A stretch of DNA of 57,751 nt, the filler included, from Sphacelaria rigidula (taxonomy: Eukaryota): NCBI GenBank assembly GCA_964200075.2. It is 7 parts of 7 records of this genome, joined end to end, with 100 filler letters (N's around TTAATTAATTAA, not from the genome) between each part and the next. Parts side by side here need not be neighbours in the genome. Positions count along the whole stretch, not along the records: positions 1 to 8,165 come from CAXNAA020012065.1; positions 8,266 to 16,430 come from CAXNAA020012066.1; 5 more parts are not named here. One strand, 5' to 3'. The notes beneath the pieces were generated by a model. The model had not been told where the DNA came from. It saw only the letters and a list, made by a program, of their open reading frames with translations, and ran no database searches. The position numbers were made by a program, and so were the translations under genes. Below are positions 1-11,116 of this stretch, piece after piece (the stretch's first letter is position 1; the number at the start of each line of letters is the position of its first letter).

Positions 1-30
1 ACTGTTGGGCATGGTGTGAGAAAAATCCCA

Positions 31-106
31 GGTCGCTCTGAGATTTGAACCCACGACCCAACCGTCAAAAGGTTTCGAGATTTCCAACTGAGCCACCGGG
101 GCGACC
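31..106 (-). mobile_element. tRNA-derived SINE head (tRNA-like pseudogene)
   Basis: Minus strand has A-box GGTGGCTCAGTTGG and B-box GGGTTCAAATC with GGTCGC/GCGACC flanks; D and anticodon arms do not pair properly. Confidence 0.65.
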
Positions 107-110
107 GGCT

Positions 111-615
111 ATACCCCGGGTATTTTGTCGGGTATTTACCGTACCTGACAGTTCTGTAAACTCTGTAAGATTTCCATACAGGTACCGGACAGTTCTGCAA
201 TCTCTGCGAGACCTTCATACCCGTACCCGATAGTTCTGTGAGATCTGTAGGCCTCCCGTACCGTTGTCGGGGGGCACGGGTATGCTCTTGATAGTATACC
301 TCGTTGCGGGTACGGTTTTCTGTGCAACCTCCATACCCTACCCGACAGTTTCTTGAAGTTCTGTGAGCCCCCCATACCCTTACCCGACAGTTGTGTGAGT
401 TGTGTACAGAATGTTGAATCGTACCCGAGGGGCGGTTATGCCCCACAATAGTTACCCGATTGCCGGTACTGGTTTTCTGTAAGTCATCCATACCGTACCC
501 GACAAGCCCTGCAGTTTCTGTAAGACTTTCATACCGGTACCCGACAGTTCTGTAAGTTCTGTAAGGAATCTCATACCCTACAGAACGTACCCGTAACTTA
601 CAGAACACAACCTTG
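111..615. repeat. Degenerate tandem-motif repeat element (TACCCGACAGTTCTGTAAG units), likely a DNA transposon end
   Basis: Many imperfect copies of (CCG)TACCCGACAGTTCTGT(A/G)AG; inverted CTTACAGAAC near the end, terminating ACAACCTTG. Confidence 0.7.
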
Positions 616-1253
616 CATACTTTCAAATTCTGGGCGCGAGAGAGACACAGCACTCTGCTCTCGTGTCGTGATGTACGGTACGTACTGTCCGTCTATATGT
701 ACATGTATCATTTCGCAATTTTCACCACTTTTGCCGATTTTTCTCTGACGGCAAGGAATGTTATACCGCGCTTTGTTTTGCGGTGCACGAAGAAGGTGCA
801 GCGGTACATTACCTGTGAGGTTTAGGTGTCATGTGATACCGGTGGCGCGTGTTCTGGCCATCGAAAGTCACCCACACTGGCTCTATTTCGTGGGGTGCCG
901 ACCCCGAATCACAAAAGCCTCCCTCAAGATCGTGGAAACCTTCACACAAGAACTACAAAAGCCCGCTTATGGCGAGGTATTTCTTCACCGTGATTTTCTC
1001 TGCGTTCTCGATGATTTGGGAACACGAAGGCAGCGGTTATGCAGCGAATGTCACGAGAACATGAGAGCAGAGCAGTTGAAAACAGCTGAACATTGCTTTG
1101 ACCTAGTCAGCAGTAAACACAAGTCGAATGATCTGAGATCCCTTATCATTTAGTTTTGACGTGAAGCCTCTAACACAGTCATATCTGCGTAATGTGTGCC
1201 CAAATTATGCGAACATAACAATCCCCAAAAGCATGGTGAAGAACACTGAAGAA

Positions 1254-1910
1254 TGTGCAGATTGATATTAGAGGAAGGGGTCACAGTCACGACTGCAGCA
1301 GGGGAAGTCGCTGATGGCCTGGTGTGCATTTATACGGTGGATACCCACGGTGCGTGGCATTTCATTTTTTCAACACCCTACTGTCTGATGACGGCTAGAT
1401 TGAGTGGGTACAGTGACAGTTGTCCACGCAGGCTGCGATGGATCCTGCCGGCCTCATCATCAATCTTCGCCAAGTTATGGACGAACGCTCGAAGAAACCC
1501 AGCAAACAAGCGTCGCTTATGGTCCGCTGTATATGTGAGGGCTGGGAGCTGAACATTTCCGCTTCAAAAATCTCGACAGTCGAAGATTAAGCTCCTGTCG
1601 CGCGACCATTGGGTAGTGCGACGGACCCTTGCCGGCGTACCTGGCACTGGGGGCGACATCCCGGTACAGACAGTCCCATCTCTATCGGGACGGCCCTGCA
1701 AACAGGCCGGTAGCCAAACTGGCCGTTGCACTGGTGTTCTTCTAGCGTTGTCAACTCGGAGTACGGCCGCACAGGCTTTGCACGTGAATATTTCGGTGAT
1801 AACCTCACTTCCACTTGTGCTGTGGATTATTTCACGATCTCACCGCCTGATATGCATGGAATTGTATACAATTTTAAAAGCATGTACTGTGCACAATATG
1901 GAAGCTATTG
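1254..1910 (-). mobile_element. Decayed hAT-like transposase fragment (homologous to 19119-19800)
   Basis: Clear nucleotide homology to the interior of the TIR element on contig 3; minus-strand translation VARQEL..DCRDF*SGNVQLPALTYTAD resembles the hAT C-terminal dimerisation domain. Confidence 0.45.
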
Positions 1911-2213
1911 CCTTCTGCGATGTGCACAGTACTCGTACAAAAGTGGGAACTGCGCGCAGTATGACTTCAAGGCAGTGTAGAAATCTCCACGCGGTATGAT
2001 TTGTTACAGCTGGCTTGCGCCCCATAGCGGCTGTGCTACCATACAGCTCCGCTCAAGATACAGGCAGGAATCATAGCGGGAGAGGCGATATATTACTCTT
2101 GCGTGCGCCACCTAGGGCGAATACACACTTAGCTGCAACACCGACCGCTGTACTAGATGTGGCAGAGCAAGGGGTGGTATACCACGTACACAAAGATAGC
2201 AAGCAGTATCATA

Positions 2214-3417
2214 CGAGCTGGGCCAGCCCAAAAACGGATTCACGCTCTAAAAGCAATATCTCATCGACACAGACGAGTTGGGCCGTGATCGGCATATCAT
2301 ATTGATCGTCTAATCTAGGGAAAGGTGCCCATCTGCTCAAAATTTTGGGCCCATACTTTCTCGTTGATTATACCCCATGTCTAGTAATTCCTGTACCTAA
2401 GGGAGATAGCGCCAATACTAAAATGTCTATGAAACCTCCGATCGATGCATTTAGCGGATGGCGGTGAATAGTGGTGTGGACATTCTCTGGAGCAAGGGGA
2501 GACGACAGATACCCTCACCTTCACCTAATTCGTTTTCTATCCCGAGATATGGCGTATATAAGTTTCCAGACTGAAATCAATGTATTACGAGCAGAGGCAC
2601 TAGATGTCCTAAATCTGGATATCGCGTCTCAGTTTTTGAGAGTTGTTCCATAAAATTTCGTGTGGTGAACCGCTAGTGCACCATAGAGAAAAATTTGAAC
2701 AGCTTGTTACCTTTTTCATCTTCTTTTCAATTTTCTTCGTGTTCTTAGTGGGGTTTCGAGGAGAAATGTACATCGCTGTTAGGCCTAATCTCAATGTTTC
2801 AGCTCAATTTTTAGAAGTTTGATTCAAAATATAGCATTGAGAACCACGAAAGAGTGCCGGGTAAAACAAAAAGGGCCTTCATTTTTTTTCTTTAGAGGTT
2901 GTTAGGGCGTTCTCGTGAAGAAATGGTCTTCATCATACTAAAGCGCCCTCAACCAGTAGAAAAATGAATTAATAATGATCTGGACCACTGAGTTTTGTTA
3001 ATTATGCGCTGACAAGGGCCCACACGAAGTTTCAATACACAACAACCAAACGCGGGCCGGTGAGTGGCCTGCGAAATACTGTTCCGAATTTCTACCGACC
3101 CGGTTTTTGATAGGCCCATGCTTTTTTATACATGTAGAGTTGGACCCTGAAAATTGGTATGGACAGTGCATAGGGCATAAAAAATATATTACGTAGGTAC
3201 TAGAAGTTTTTTTTTCTTCATGAGTTAAGGGCAATAATCGGTTTTCAGATTTTAGCAAATTGCCCCTAACTCATGAAAAAAAATATTATGGTACCGACGT
3301 GATACATTTTTTTATGCCCTACGCATTTTCCATACCAAATTTCAGGGTCCAACTCTGAATGTATAAATGAGGATGGGCCTGCAAACTTCAAATCCACCTC
3401 TAGGCTGGCCCAGTTCG
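2214..3417. mobile_element. Non-autonomous Tc1/mariner-type element (TA TSD)
   Basis: TA|CGAGCTGGGCCAGCC ... GGCTGGCCCAGTTCG|TA; the same terminus occurs at 8105 and 18270-18283; internal long hairpin 3112-3380. Confidence 0.8.
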
Positions 3418-3704
3418 TACATATATACTGTACTGTATCCAAGTGTGATTTGAAATCCGTGCGCGCGGGGTCGGGCCGGCATTTAGAGAACCCTGCACAA
3501 GTTCGCCGTGTACTACCGGGACGCGACCTTATTCCAGTAGCAATCGCTTGCGATGTGTGCTGTGACGACTCTCGTGCGTGATGGTGTTTTTCCCACCTCC
3601 GCACACCGCCCGTGAAGCGAGCTCTTCATGCTGGAAGTGTCCACCGCTCTTCCCGCCACTCCTGGTCTGAGAAAATCGAAACTGCGGAATGTGACAGTAT
3701 GTAC

Positions 3705-4125
3705 AACAGTGAAATTCGAAACTGTGGTTGAAAGAAAAAAATGAGGTTTAACTCAAAAGCCGTGCTTTCCCTGACCAAAATTTACGATAAATGACTTTCA
3801 TATGGACCACCCCATCCCTCCCGATCTCCCTCAAACCATATCGGGGGATTTTTAGCCTTCCATTCCCCCAAAGGATATGTGCGAAAGCACTCTTTTGCCT
3901 CGATTTCGGGGTGAAAAAAAGACGTTTTTGTCCCCAAAATCGTGCTTTCGCACATACTCTTTGGGGGAACGGAAGGCTAGAAATTCCTCAAGATAGTTTT
4001 CGGGAGGTCGGGAAGGATGTGGTGGTCCATATAAAAGCCATTTGTCATTGATACAGGCCAGGGAAAGCACGGCTTTTGAGTTGAACCTCACTTTTTTTCA
4101 ACCCCATTTTCGAGAATCCACTGTT
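3705..4125. mobile_element. Foldback (palindromic) MITE
   Basis: The whole element is an imperfect inverted repeat (AACAGTG...CACTGTT; CTCAAAAGCCGTGCTTTCCCTG vs CAGGGAAAGCACGGCTTTTGAG); related copy at 45423-45793. Confidence 0.85.
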
Positions 4126-6442
4126 ATCTACTGGAAGGTACATATTCTCCCACACAATTGCCTCCATGATATGAAAAAAGGAAAAATACAGTAACACTGG
4201 TTTATTTTCGACTTGCGTCACCCCCGGGAGGCCAGTACCAACCTCCCGAAGGGGAATCTTGTATTAATGTAATATATTGACTGAGCAATAGAAGATAGGC
4301 TGCGTGGCACAATGAAGCGATCAAAATATGAACATCGCCTTGCTGTAACAACTGAGTGTCTGTAGAACTGGCGGTTGTGCTTTTTCCCTCCACGGTACTT
4401 GACAGTACAATGCGGACAGCACGGACAACAATATCGTACATCAGTGCTGTATTGTATACATTGGCTGTAGTATTGCGGTACTTGTATAATAGTAGTACCA
4501 TATGTAGCCTTGCGTGTACAGTCAGTACGGTCCTGTCCCTACAAGGCTTAGATCCGTGGGCAGTCTGCTGCATTGCGACTGCTGTTCGCAACACGCTGAA
4601 TGCACAGACCTGAACTGAGCTACAATACTACGGACTGCACACAGACTTTGTGGACAGCACTCGTCATCGACCCTGTGCTGTTCTCATGGGGTAAAGGGCC
4701 ACCATGATACTGCCCAGCGAAGGACAATGAAGCCCCACGCTGACTGCGCGCGGGGACCAGCGACCGCAGTAGGGATATCAGCCAAGCCATCATGGGTGCT
4801 GCCGTGGGCTGCAGGGTGTGTTGGCGAGCGACAGGGTTTCAAATTATTTTCTGTAACATTATTCTATACAGTAGCACAAGGTTATCCCATGTATCAGAAA
4901 ATCAGAAATGAAAATCGAGGTGCAGAATCAAAATGCGGCCATTTCAACGAGAATGCGTTCTGCGCACGCGAGGAGCACACGGAACTGTCAGCCCTACTTA
5001 AATTCAGATTCTCGGTGTACAGACTCAAATAAAGAAGTATCAGCCATGAACATGAGTAGCTCAACGCCGGTACACTCTTCAGTGCTAGAAAACGTTGTAC
5101 TCGTACGAGTACAGAATGGAACACGTGATCCAGGGGCCCCCGCACCCACCACCCCCGGGGGGGATCGAGAATGAGGAAAAATGAAGAATGGTCTCGAAAA
5201 ACGTTATTCTTCTTGGTTCTCGGTCAGGATACGGAATCGAACCGTACCTTCACCACCACAATGCTTGCCTGTACCCGAGCAGCCCAAAACCGAGGAGTCC
5301 GGATATATACGTTGTTCTAGCGGCCGCAGCTTGGGCCGCAGGGAAGATAACTTGGCATTTAGATGTTGTGACTTTCAGTCAAGGTTACCTCTGGATAATG
5401 ACCCTGAATCAGGTTTTGTAATACTGAGACCGCAATAGTGGAGAGGATTGCGTACATGACACACGTGAACCCGATGACGCTCTGTTCGTCCGTCAAGGCA
5501 AGCAAGCGTACAGCGAATTTTACGCGTTGCTGAGTGACATCGAAGGTATATATCACTACAGTATCAAGACAAACTTCTTTGAGTGCATTTTACAACAAAC
5601 GCGTGACTGGCGTTTCTGTACACTGTACACAGGGTCACATCAACAGGAGGATAGAAACTGCTGCTCGCGTTGTTCTGCTGCCCCTCTTTCGTGGCATGGT
5701 GTTCAGCCGATCGTGCAACGCTTAAATCTCGGCAACGAAGCAGGGGAATGGACTGCGGTTTATTGTGTTCGTTTTCCACACACCCAAGCTAGGTCGCCAA
5801 TCTACTTCAGTGTGATTGTGCCAAGGGGCCTTACAGACTGGACTACGTTACACGTCGCCCCCCAATCTTGCCCCCGATTGCCGAAACCGAATTCTTGGCG
5901 ACGAGGGGGGCAGGACAGGGTACCTTTTTTTGAGGGGTGGGTACCCCGTTGAATAGATCGATAATGATGACAGTAGTCGTATGTGCTAGTACCTGCTTCT
6001 CTGGCTGGATGGAAGTATCGACCATCGTTTGCTACGATGAGGAGAAGTGAGCTGGAGTTCTTGAAAGGATTATCCACCAGCATAGATGATAGTTCAATCC
6101 CATCATAATTGTGGTTTCACGCTTCATCGAGTCTTCTGTCTGCTAGCCCCACCGTGTGTTGTTTCGTGGCGGGTGATAAAAAACGTGACACCAAGCAAGG
6201 CGCAACGCTGGAAAAAATAAGCCCATCCTTCATACGCCACCCGTAGGAGACGCTCTTGTATCTTGTGTACTCATGCTGTGTCGTGTGTGCAGACAGATTG
6301 TGGATTCAGAATCAGATCGGCATCTTCGCACGGGAGAAATTTAGCGTCAGAGACCGCAGGAGAAAATTGAACGTCACCCGAATTCGTCCCACAAGCAATA
6401 ACAACCTCTCACGAACAGCCACTACACACCTCAACCAGCAAC

Positions 6443-7954
6443 ATGGAACATCGGGCAGTCATGCGCAGGTCAATCATGGACAAGGTCGTCGACCTCGTCT
6501 GCCGCAAAGCTAGTACACAGCAGTGGGTACAGTGGCTGAGGGTGCCACTTGAGCATGCCGCGGCTGCAGGTGACTTCGCTGTGGTGAAAGATCTCCTCGC
6601 AGATGGGGCTAACGGCAAAGCGGGCTGGAGGGGTTGTCGCGACAGGAGCCTTCTCTACGCGGCGGTCGAGGGGGGTAACGACGACGTAGTATCTGCTTTG
6701 CTCAAGGCAGGCTCTAAACCAGATGTGAACGTGTGCTCTGTGGGCTGCAGTGAATGGTCACCGCTACACTATGCGGCATTCCATGGACACCATTCAATCG
6801 CGAAGATGCTGTTGTTGGCGGGGGCAGACGTGGATGCTGAGGACAGAGAAGGACAAACCCCTTTATACTTGGCAATTCTGGGTGGTAACGTCCAAGTTGT
6901 GTGTCACCTTCTCATGAGCGGGGCACATGTGAATCTCGAGAACGGCGACGGCGACACTCCCTTGCAAACGGCGATCTCTTTAGGCCAAGAGGAAATGGTG
7001 GCTCCACTGTTGATGAGGGGAGCTGAAGTAAATATTGGGTATAACACCGGGCGATCCCCGCTGCTGGTGGCGGCCGGGGGTGGATACCTTACCGCGGTCA
7101 GTGCGCTGTTGACGGCGGGCGCAGCTCATAACTTGAGGGACAGCAATGACTCTTCAGCCTTGGAGTTGGCAGCTGAACATGGACATGTGGGTGTCATTAG
7201 GGAACTACTGCAGCATGGGGCCGATGCAAAGTCGAGCGACTTTAACGGCTGGACCCCTCTGCACGCGGCGGTGTTCTCCAACCACGCGAGCGCTGTGGAT
7301 ATGCTTGCCGATGCTGGGGCAGATATTAATGCTCGCGGTGGCTCTGGGGATGGAGCAGTACTCCACACACCCCTTCGTTTGGCTGTCGGCAACGATGCAG
7401 TTGATTCACTTCTTGCTCTGTTGCGACATAAGGCGAATCGTGAGGAGAAGGATGACGAGGGGCGGACGGTATTGATATTAGCCTCGCAGTATTTGTGGGT
7501 GGAAGAGGTCGATATACTGTTGAGATGGGGTGCAGACGAGACCGCTGTTGATACGGTTGGCCAGTCAGCTATTGACACGATTGGAAGTCGACTGTCTCTG
7601 GAGCAGCGTTCAGAGAGAAATGTGGATGTATGTCGAGTGCGCAAGCTGCTAGAGAACGCGCCTTCGGATAGGGCATGGCGCCGTCGGGGGCTACTGATCT
7701 TGTGCCGTGCCCTAGCAGAAAAGCGGGGGCTGGAATTGACCAGCGTTCCAACTGCGAATGGCAGCGTGGAGTGCACAGGTGGCGCCAGCACCGTCATATC
7801 GGCGAAAAAATGTCGTGGTGTGGAGAACAACGGCACGCATTACGTCAACAGTGATACTGGTGACTCGGACGAGGCCGTGGCGAGCACCATGGAGGCTATG
7901 GTGGTGGGATTGGACCAGGACAGTCTTTTCCGCGCGATCGTGAGCTTCCTGTAA
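6443..7954 (+). CDS. Intronless ankyrin-repeat protein (about 10 ANK repeats), brown-algal/phaeovirus-like family
   Basis: 503-aa ORF with CAACATGG start context; repeated G-x-T/S-P-L-H-x-A-A...L-L-x-x-G-A-D motifs; N-terminal WLRVPLEHAAA..GWRGC and C-terminal APSDRAWRRRG...FRAIVSFL signatures. Confidence 0.92.
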   Translation: MEHRAVMRRSIMDKVVDLVCRKASTQQWVQWLRVPLEHAAAAGDFAVVKDLLADGANGKAGWRGCRDRSLLYAAVEGGNDDVVSALLKAGSKPDVNVCSVGCSEWSPLHYAAFHGHHSIAKMLLLAGADVDAEDREGQTPLYLAILGGNVQVVCHLLMSGAHVNLENGDGDTPLQTAISLGQEEMVAPLLMRGAEVNIGYNTGRSPLLVAAGGGYLTAVSALLTAGAAHNLRDSNDSSALELAAEHGHVGVIRELLQHGADAKSSDFNGWTPLHAAVFSNHASAVDMLADAGADINARGGSGDGAVLHTPLRLAVGNDAVDSLLALLRHKANREEKDDEGRTVLILASQYLWVEEVDILLRWGADETAVDTVGQSAIDTIGSRLSLEQRSERNVDVCRVRKLLENAPSDRAWRRRGLLILCRALAEKRGLELTSVPTANGSVECTGGASTVISAKKCRGVENNGTHYVNSDTGDSDEAVASTMEAMVVGLDQDSLFRAIVSFL

Positions 7955-8104
7955 ACGGTGAGAGTGCGGTGTTCATCATTATGTTTTCAGTGCAATCGCT
8001 TTGACCCTCAGACAGCGACCCCCCCCCCCGCAGGTGGACTGAGTTGGACTATTGTACAACTGTGTATACCACATTTCGGGTGCACAACAGCGCTTTTCTC
8101 GCTA

Positions 8105-8165
8105 CGAGCTGGGCCAGCCCAGAAACGGATTTAACCTGGCAGAGAAATATATCATCACCGGAAAC
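8105..8165 (+). mobile_element. Left end of a Tc1/mariner-type MITE, truncated by the contig end
   Basis: TA|CGAGCTGGGCCAGCCCAGAAACGGAT matches the 2214 terminus. Confidence 0.75.
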
Positions 8166-8265
8166 NNNNNNNNNNNNNNNNNNNNNNNNNNNNNNNNNNN
8201 NNNNNNNNNTTAATTAATTAANNNNNNNNNNNNNNNNNNNNNNNNNNNNNNNNNNNNNNNNNNNN
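8166..8265. other. Artificial contig linker (N44-TTAATTAATTAA-N44); identical linkers at 16431-16530, 24696-24795, 32960-33059, 41224-41323, 49488-49587
   Basis: Six identical 100-nt spacers with stops in all six frames, separating segments of 8165 or 8164 bp. Confidence 0.98.
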
Positions 8266-8286
8266 TCCATTAGGAGTAGGAACGGT

Positions 8287-8335
8287 GCTCCGTCTCGAAA
8301 GGGATGCGTGGTCAATGGTCAAACGACTAAGGCAA
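8287..8335 (+). repeat. Dispersed ~50-bp repeat module (also 38900-38948, 57667-57730)
   Basis: GCTCCGTCTCGAAAGGGATGYGTGGTCAATGGTCAAACGRCTAAGGCAA is near-identical on three contigs. Confidence 0.85.
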
Positions 8336-8600
8336 GAAACCAGTTATAAGTGGCCATTATTATTATAATGGTGATAATGGTTATAAATGGTTATATATGA
8401 AGGTGCTGGAGAATGATTTCAAATCATTGTTCAAGTCACCGGCTTTACAAGCCATCACCGGCTGCTACGTGTGCTACATACGGTACACAGCTACAACAGA
8501 CAGTATACAACATGCAGCAGCAGTCCTAGGCTTGTACTCCAATCCTATTTTTTTCGATTAAAAATTCAAGAGACTACAGAAGATGTCCAATTTGGAGTGA

Positions 8601-8847
8601 TGCTACGGTAGGGGTACAGAAATAATTTCTGAGATTAGAATTGTTAGGAGGCCCTCATCTCATCCAATACACGACTTATAAAAATATGCGAGAGTACGCC
8701 ATTATTATTATTCCAATGTGCTGGGGATATCCCGACTAAATCTGCAAACGGGGATGCCCTGGCCCGTATTCTTGTGCGTCTAAAATCGTTAGGAGCCCCT
8801 GAACCAGACAAAATTTCGCGAAAAAAGTGCACCCCTACCGTAGCATT
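8601..8847. mobile_element. MITE with ~20-bp inverted repeats; inverted partial copy at 41324-41510
   Basis: ATGCTACGGTAGGGGTAC ... GTGCACCCCTACCGTAGCAT; the interior matches the reverse complement of 41326-41510. Confidence 0.7.
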
Positions 8848-9772
8848 GCTCTTTGTTTTTCGATGAAAGAAATGGGCCACTTTTTTTTCCCATCACACGT
8901 TCCACGACAGAAACGCGATATCGTGACCACAGCTGTCGTGATTCCACGCCACTTCTCCCCCCAAACTAACCGACGATGAACTAGTTTGATCACCAGGGCG
9001 CAGCGGAATGCCAACTTTTCATGTTTCCAATACTCAGTGCCTAGAGGGTTGACACGATCTTTCGCTCTCGCTTGGAGGTTGGCTACTGGTGATCTCCGGC
9101 AGAAATCATGAAATCGAAACAGGTTCAAGGGATACCACAACTAACTTCATACGCTAAGCGTGCACCTGCCACTCCCACTCGAGAAAAATGCGCGCATGTC
9201 AAGGGCCCTGAACGGCTCAAGAGCTCATCCTTCAACAATGTGAAACCGTTTGTTTCTGGCAAAAAAGCGAGGGGCGGGATTGATTGCTGCAATTTTATGG
9301 TGGCCCGTCATCTCTTGTCGTGAGTTATGAAGGTCTAAACCGAAACGGACGCCTAGTACAACATGCCATCACCAAAATCGGAGCGCGCGCGACAGGTCGT
9401 TGGGGATCCTCACACACACACCAGACGGGGTGGACGGGGTAACAAACATAACATCGCGACCTGGCAAAACACTGAAATGAAGACGTACGCAGACGCCTTC
9501 GGCCCAAGTGAAGGCATGCGCCTCGTCACCACAAAAGTATGAAAAAAAAAGATCGGGCAGGAGATGCTGCTGCAATGAGCTTGCAGCTAGGCGAACAGCT
9601 TCGCCACCACGAACTTGCTGCGTTCCAATGGATTGCTCACATTGCTGAGCGATAGCGCTGAGAGTTGCAAAGCCAATATTGTCACCAATCCAACTGAACC
9701 CAAGTAAATCCATTTGTTCATACTGCATAATATATCATAATATGAAAACGCTCCCGTTTAAACAAGAATTAT

Positions 9773-9912
9773 ATACACAGTGGACAATAGATGACGTAGT
9801 AAAAAATTGTTCGGCGTACAGTGTGAAATCTTTTGTCTACTGCAAGAGACGCAATTGTCGATACTGTACGCGGTACATTTTGTTGACAGTGCGATATTTT
9901 GTCCAGGGTGTG
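9773..9912. mobile_element. MITE of the CAYACCCTGGACAA family (degenerate copy)
   Basis: Ends TTGTCCAGGGTGTG; interior homologous to 17525-17660 and 36215-36358. Confidence 0.7.
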
Positions 9913-11116
9913 GAATTTTCAAACCAAGACATCGAGGGGGGGAAACGTGAACTAAATTATGTACTCTAAAAGTACCAGGATTCGTCGCAAATCGGCCAAC
10001 GTCGAGACATGCGTCTCCTTGCCGCAACACGGACGCGAAGACAACTAGATACCGCAATCCTGCGGCTACAATGAACCACAGAGAGGTAAACTCGCAACGA
10101 ACATGCACATCATAAGATTGATTCATTGACACATCAACTCACCCACCACCAATCCACTCGTGGTCACAACATAGACAAGCCCGCGGTAAATGAACATGAA
10201 CACTCGCTGACGGAAACGCGATAAAAAGGGGCGGGTATTAACAAGAAAGGAGAAAACAGACGAAAAGGGGCGGGTATGAACAAGAAAGGAGAAAACAGAC
10301 GAAGTACACTACAGGTAAAAAGGAAAAAAAACGATATTTTGCTGCCCACAGTCGTGACCCCAGATAATCCGACACGCATTGGAAAAATAATAATAACAAA
10401 TACTATATTGCTACCCACAGCCCTGACCCCGGGTTATTCGACACGCCTTGGAACTACACGCTAAGAACTCAAGTATAGAGAAGGGGGGTGAGTATAAGGG
10501 ATGCTTGTAACATGCTCATCAGGTGTACATTTCGTAATATGATTCACATGCGCAGTAAAACATCGACCCTAGACGCGATGGACTCTAAACCCCCTGAAGG
10601 ATCGCCGCCCTTCCCGCCTTGCCCACACTGGTCCATACAAGTCTAATATGAGCAAGTTTGTTCCCACGGCAGCAAATGTCGCCAGTACGACCGCTTAAGA
10701 AACCGATAGCCACCCCTACTACGTCGCGGCAATCGCCTGTCCAGCGCCCCAAATGCAACATTGAACGTAGACACCCCACACAGCACGAATAAGATTAATG
10801 CCCACTAAAACAGGAAGCAGTCTCCCAGGACAGCCGATCCAGCGTCGCTGCCGGCCGATACTGAAAGTACAACGTCCGGGTAATATCTGACAACGCGTGC
10901 GGCCGACGCTGCTGCGTGTAATACAGTAGCACAAACAACAGCTTACTGAAAAACAAAACGGCGTGACCATAAAGCGATTTGTGTGAGTGGTTCACCTGTG
11001 AACAAGTGGGCATCATTGACTGTATCGTTCATCAAGCAGAACACACATCGCGATCAAAACGAGGAACACCCATAGAGAATCTTCCCGACGCAACACCTCA
11101 GGGAGTATTGCATAAC

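Noticed and set aside
31..106. Functional tRNA gene
   Set aside because: A and B boxes are present but the D, anticodon and acceptor stems do not form a canonical cloverleaf; better explained as a SINE head
7126..7836. 236-aa antisense ORF
   Set aside because: Shadow frame of the ankyrin gene; Ser/Ala-rich with no domain
8210..8221. Recurrent TTAATTAATTAA motif every ~8.26 kb as a biological periodic signal
   Set aside because: Assembly linker embedded in N runs
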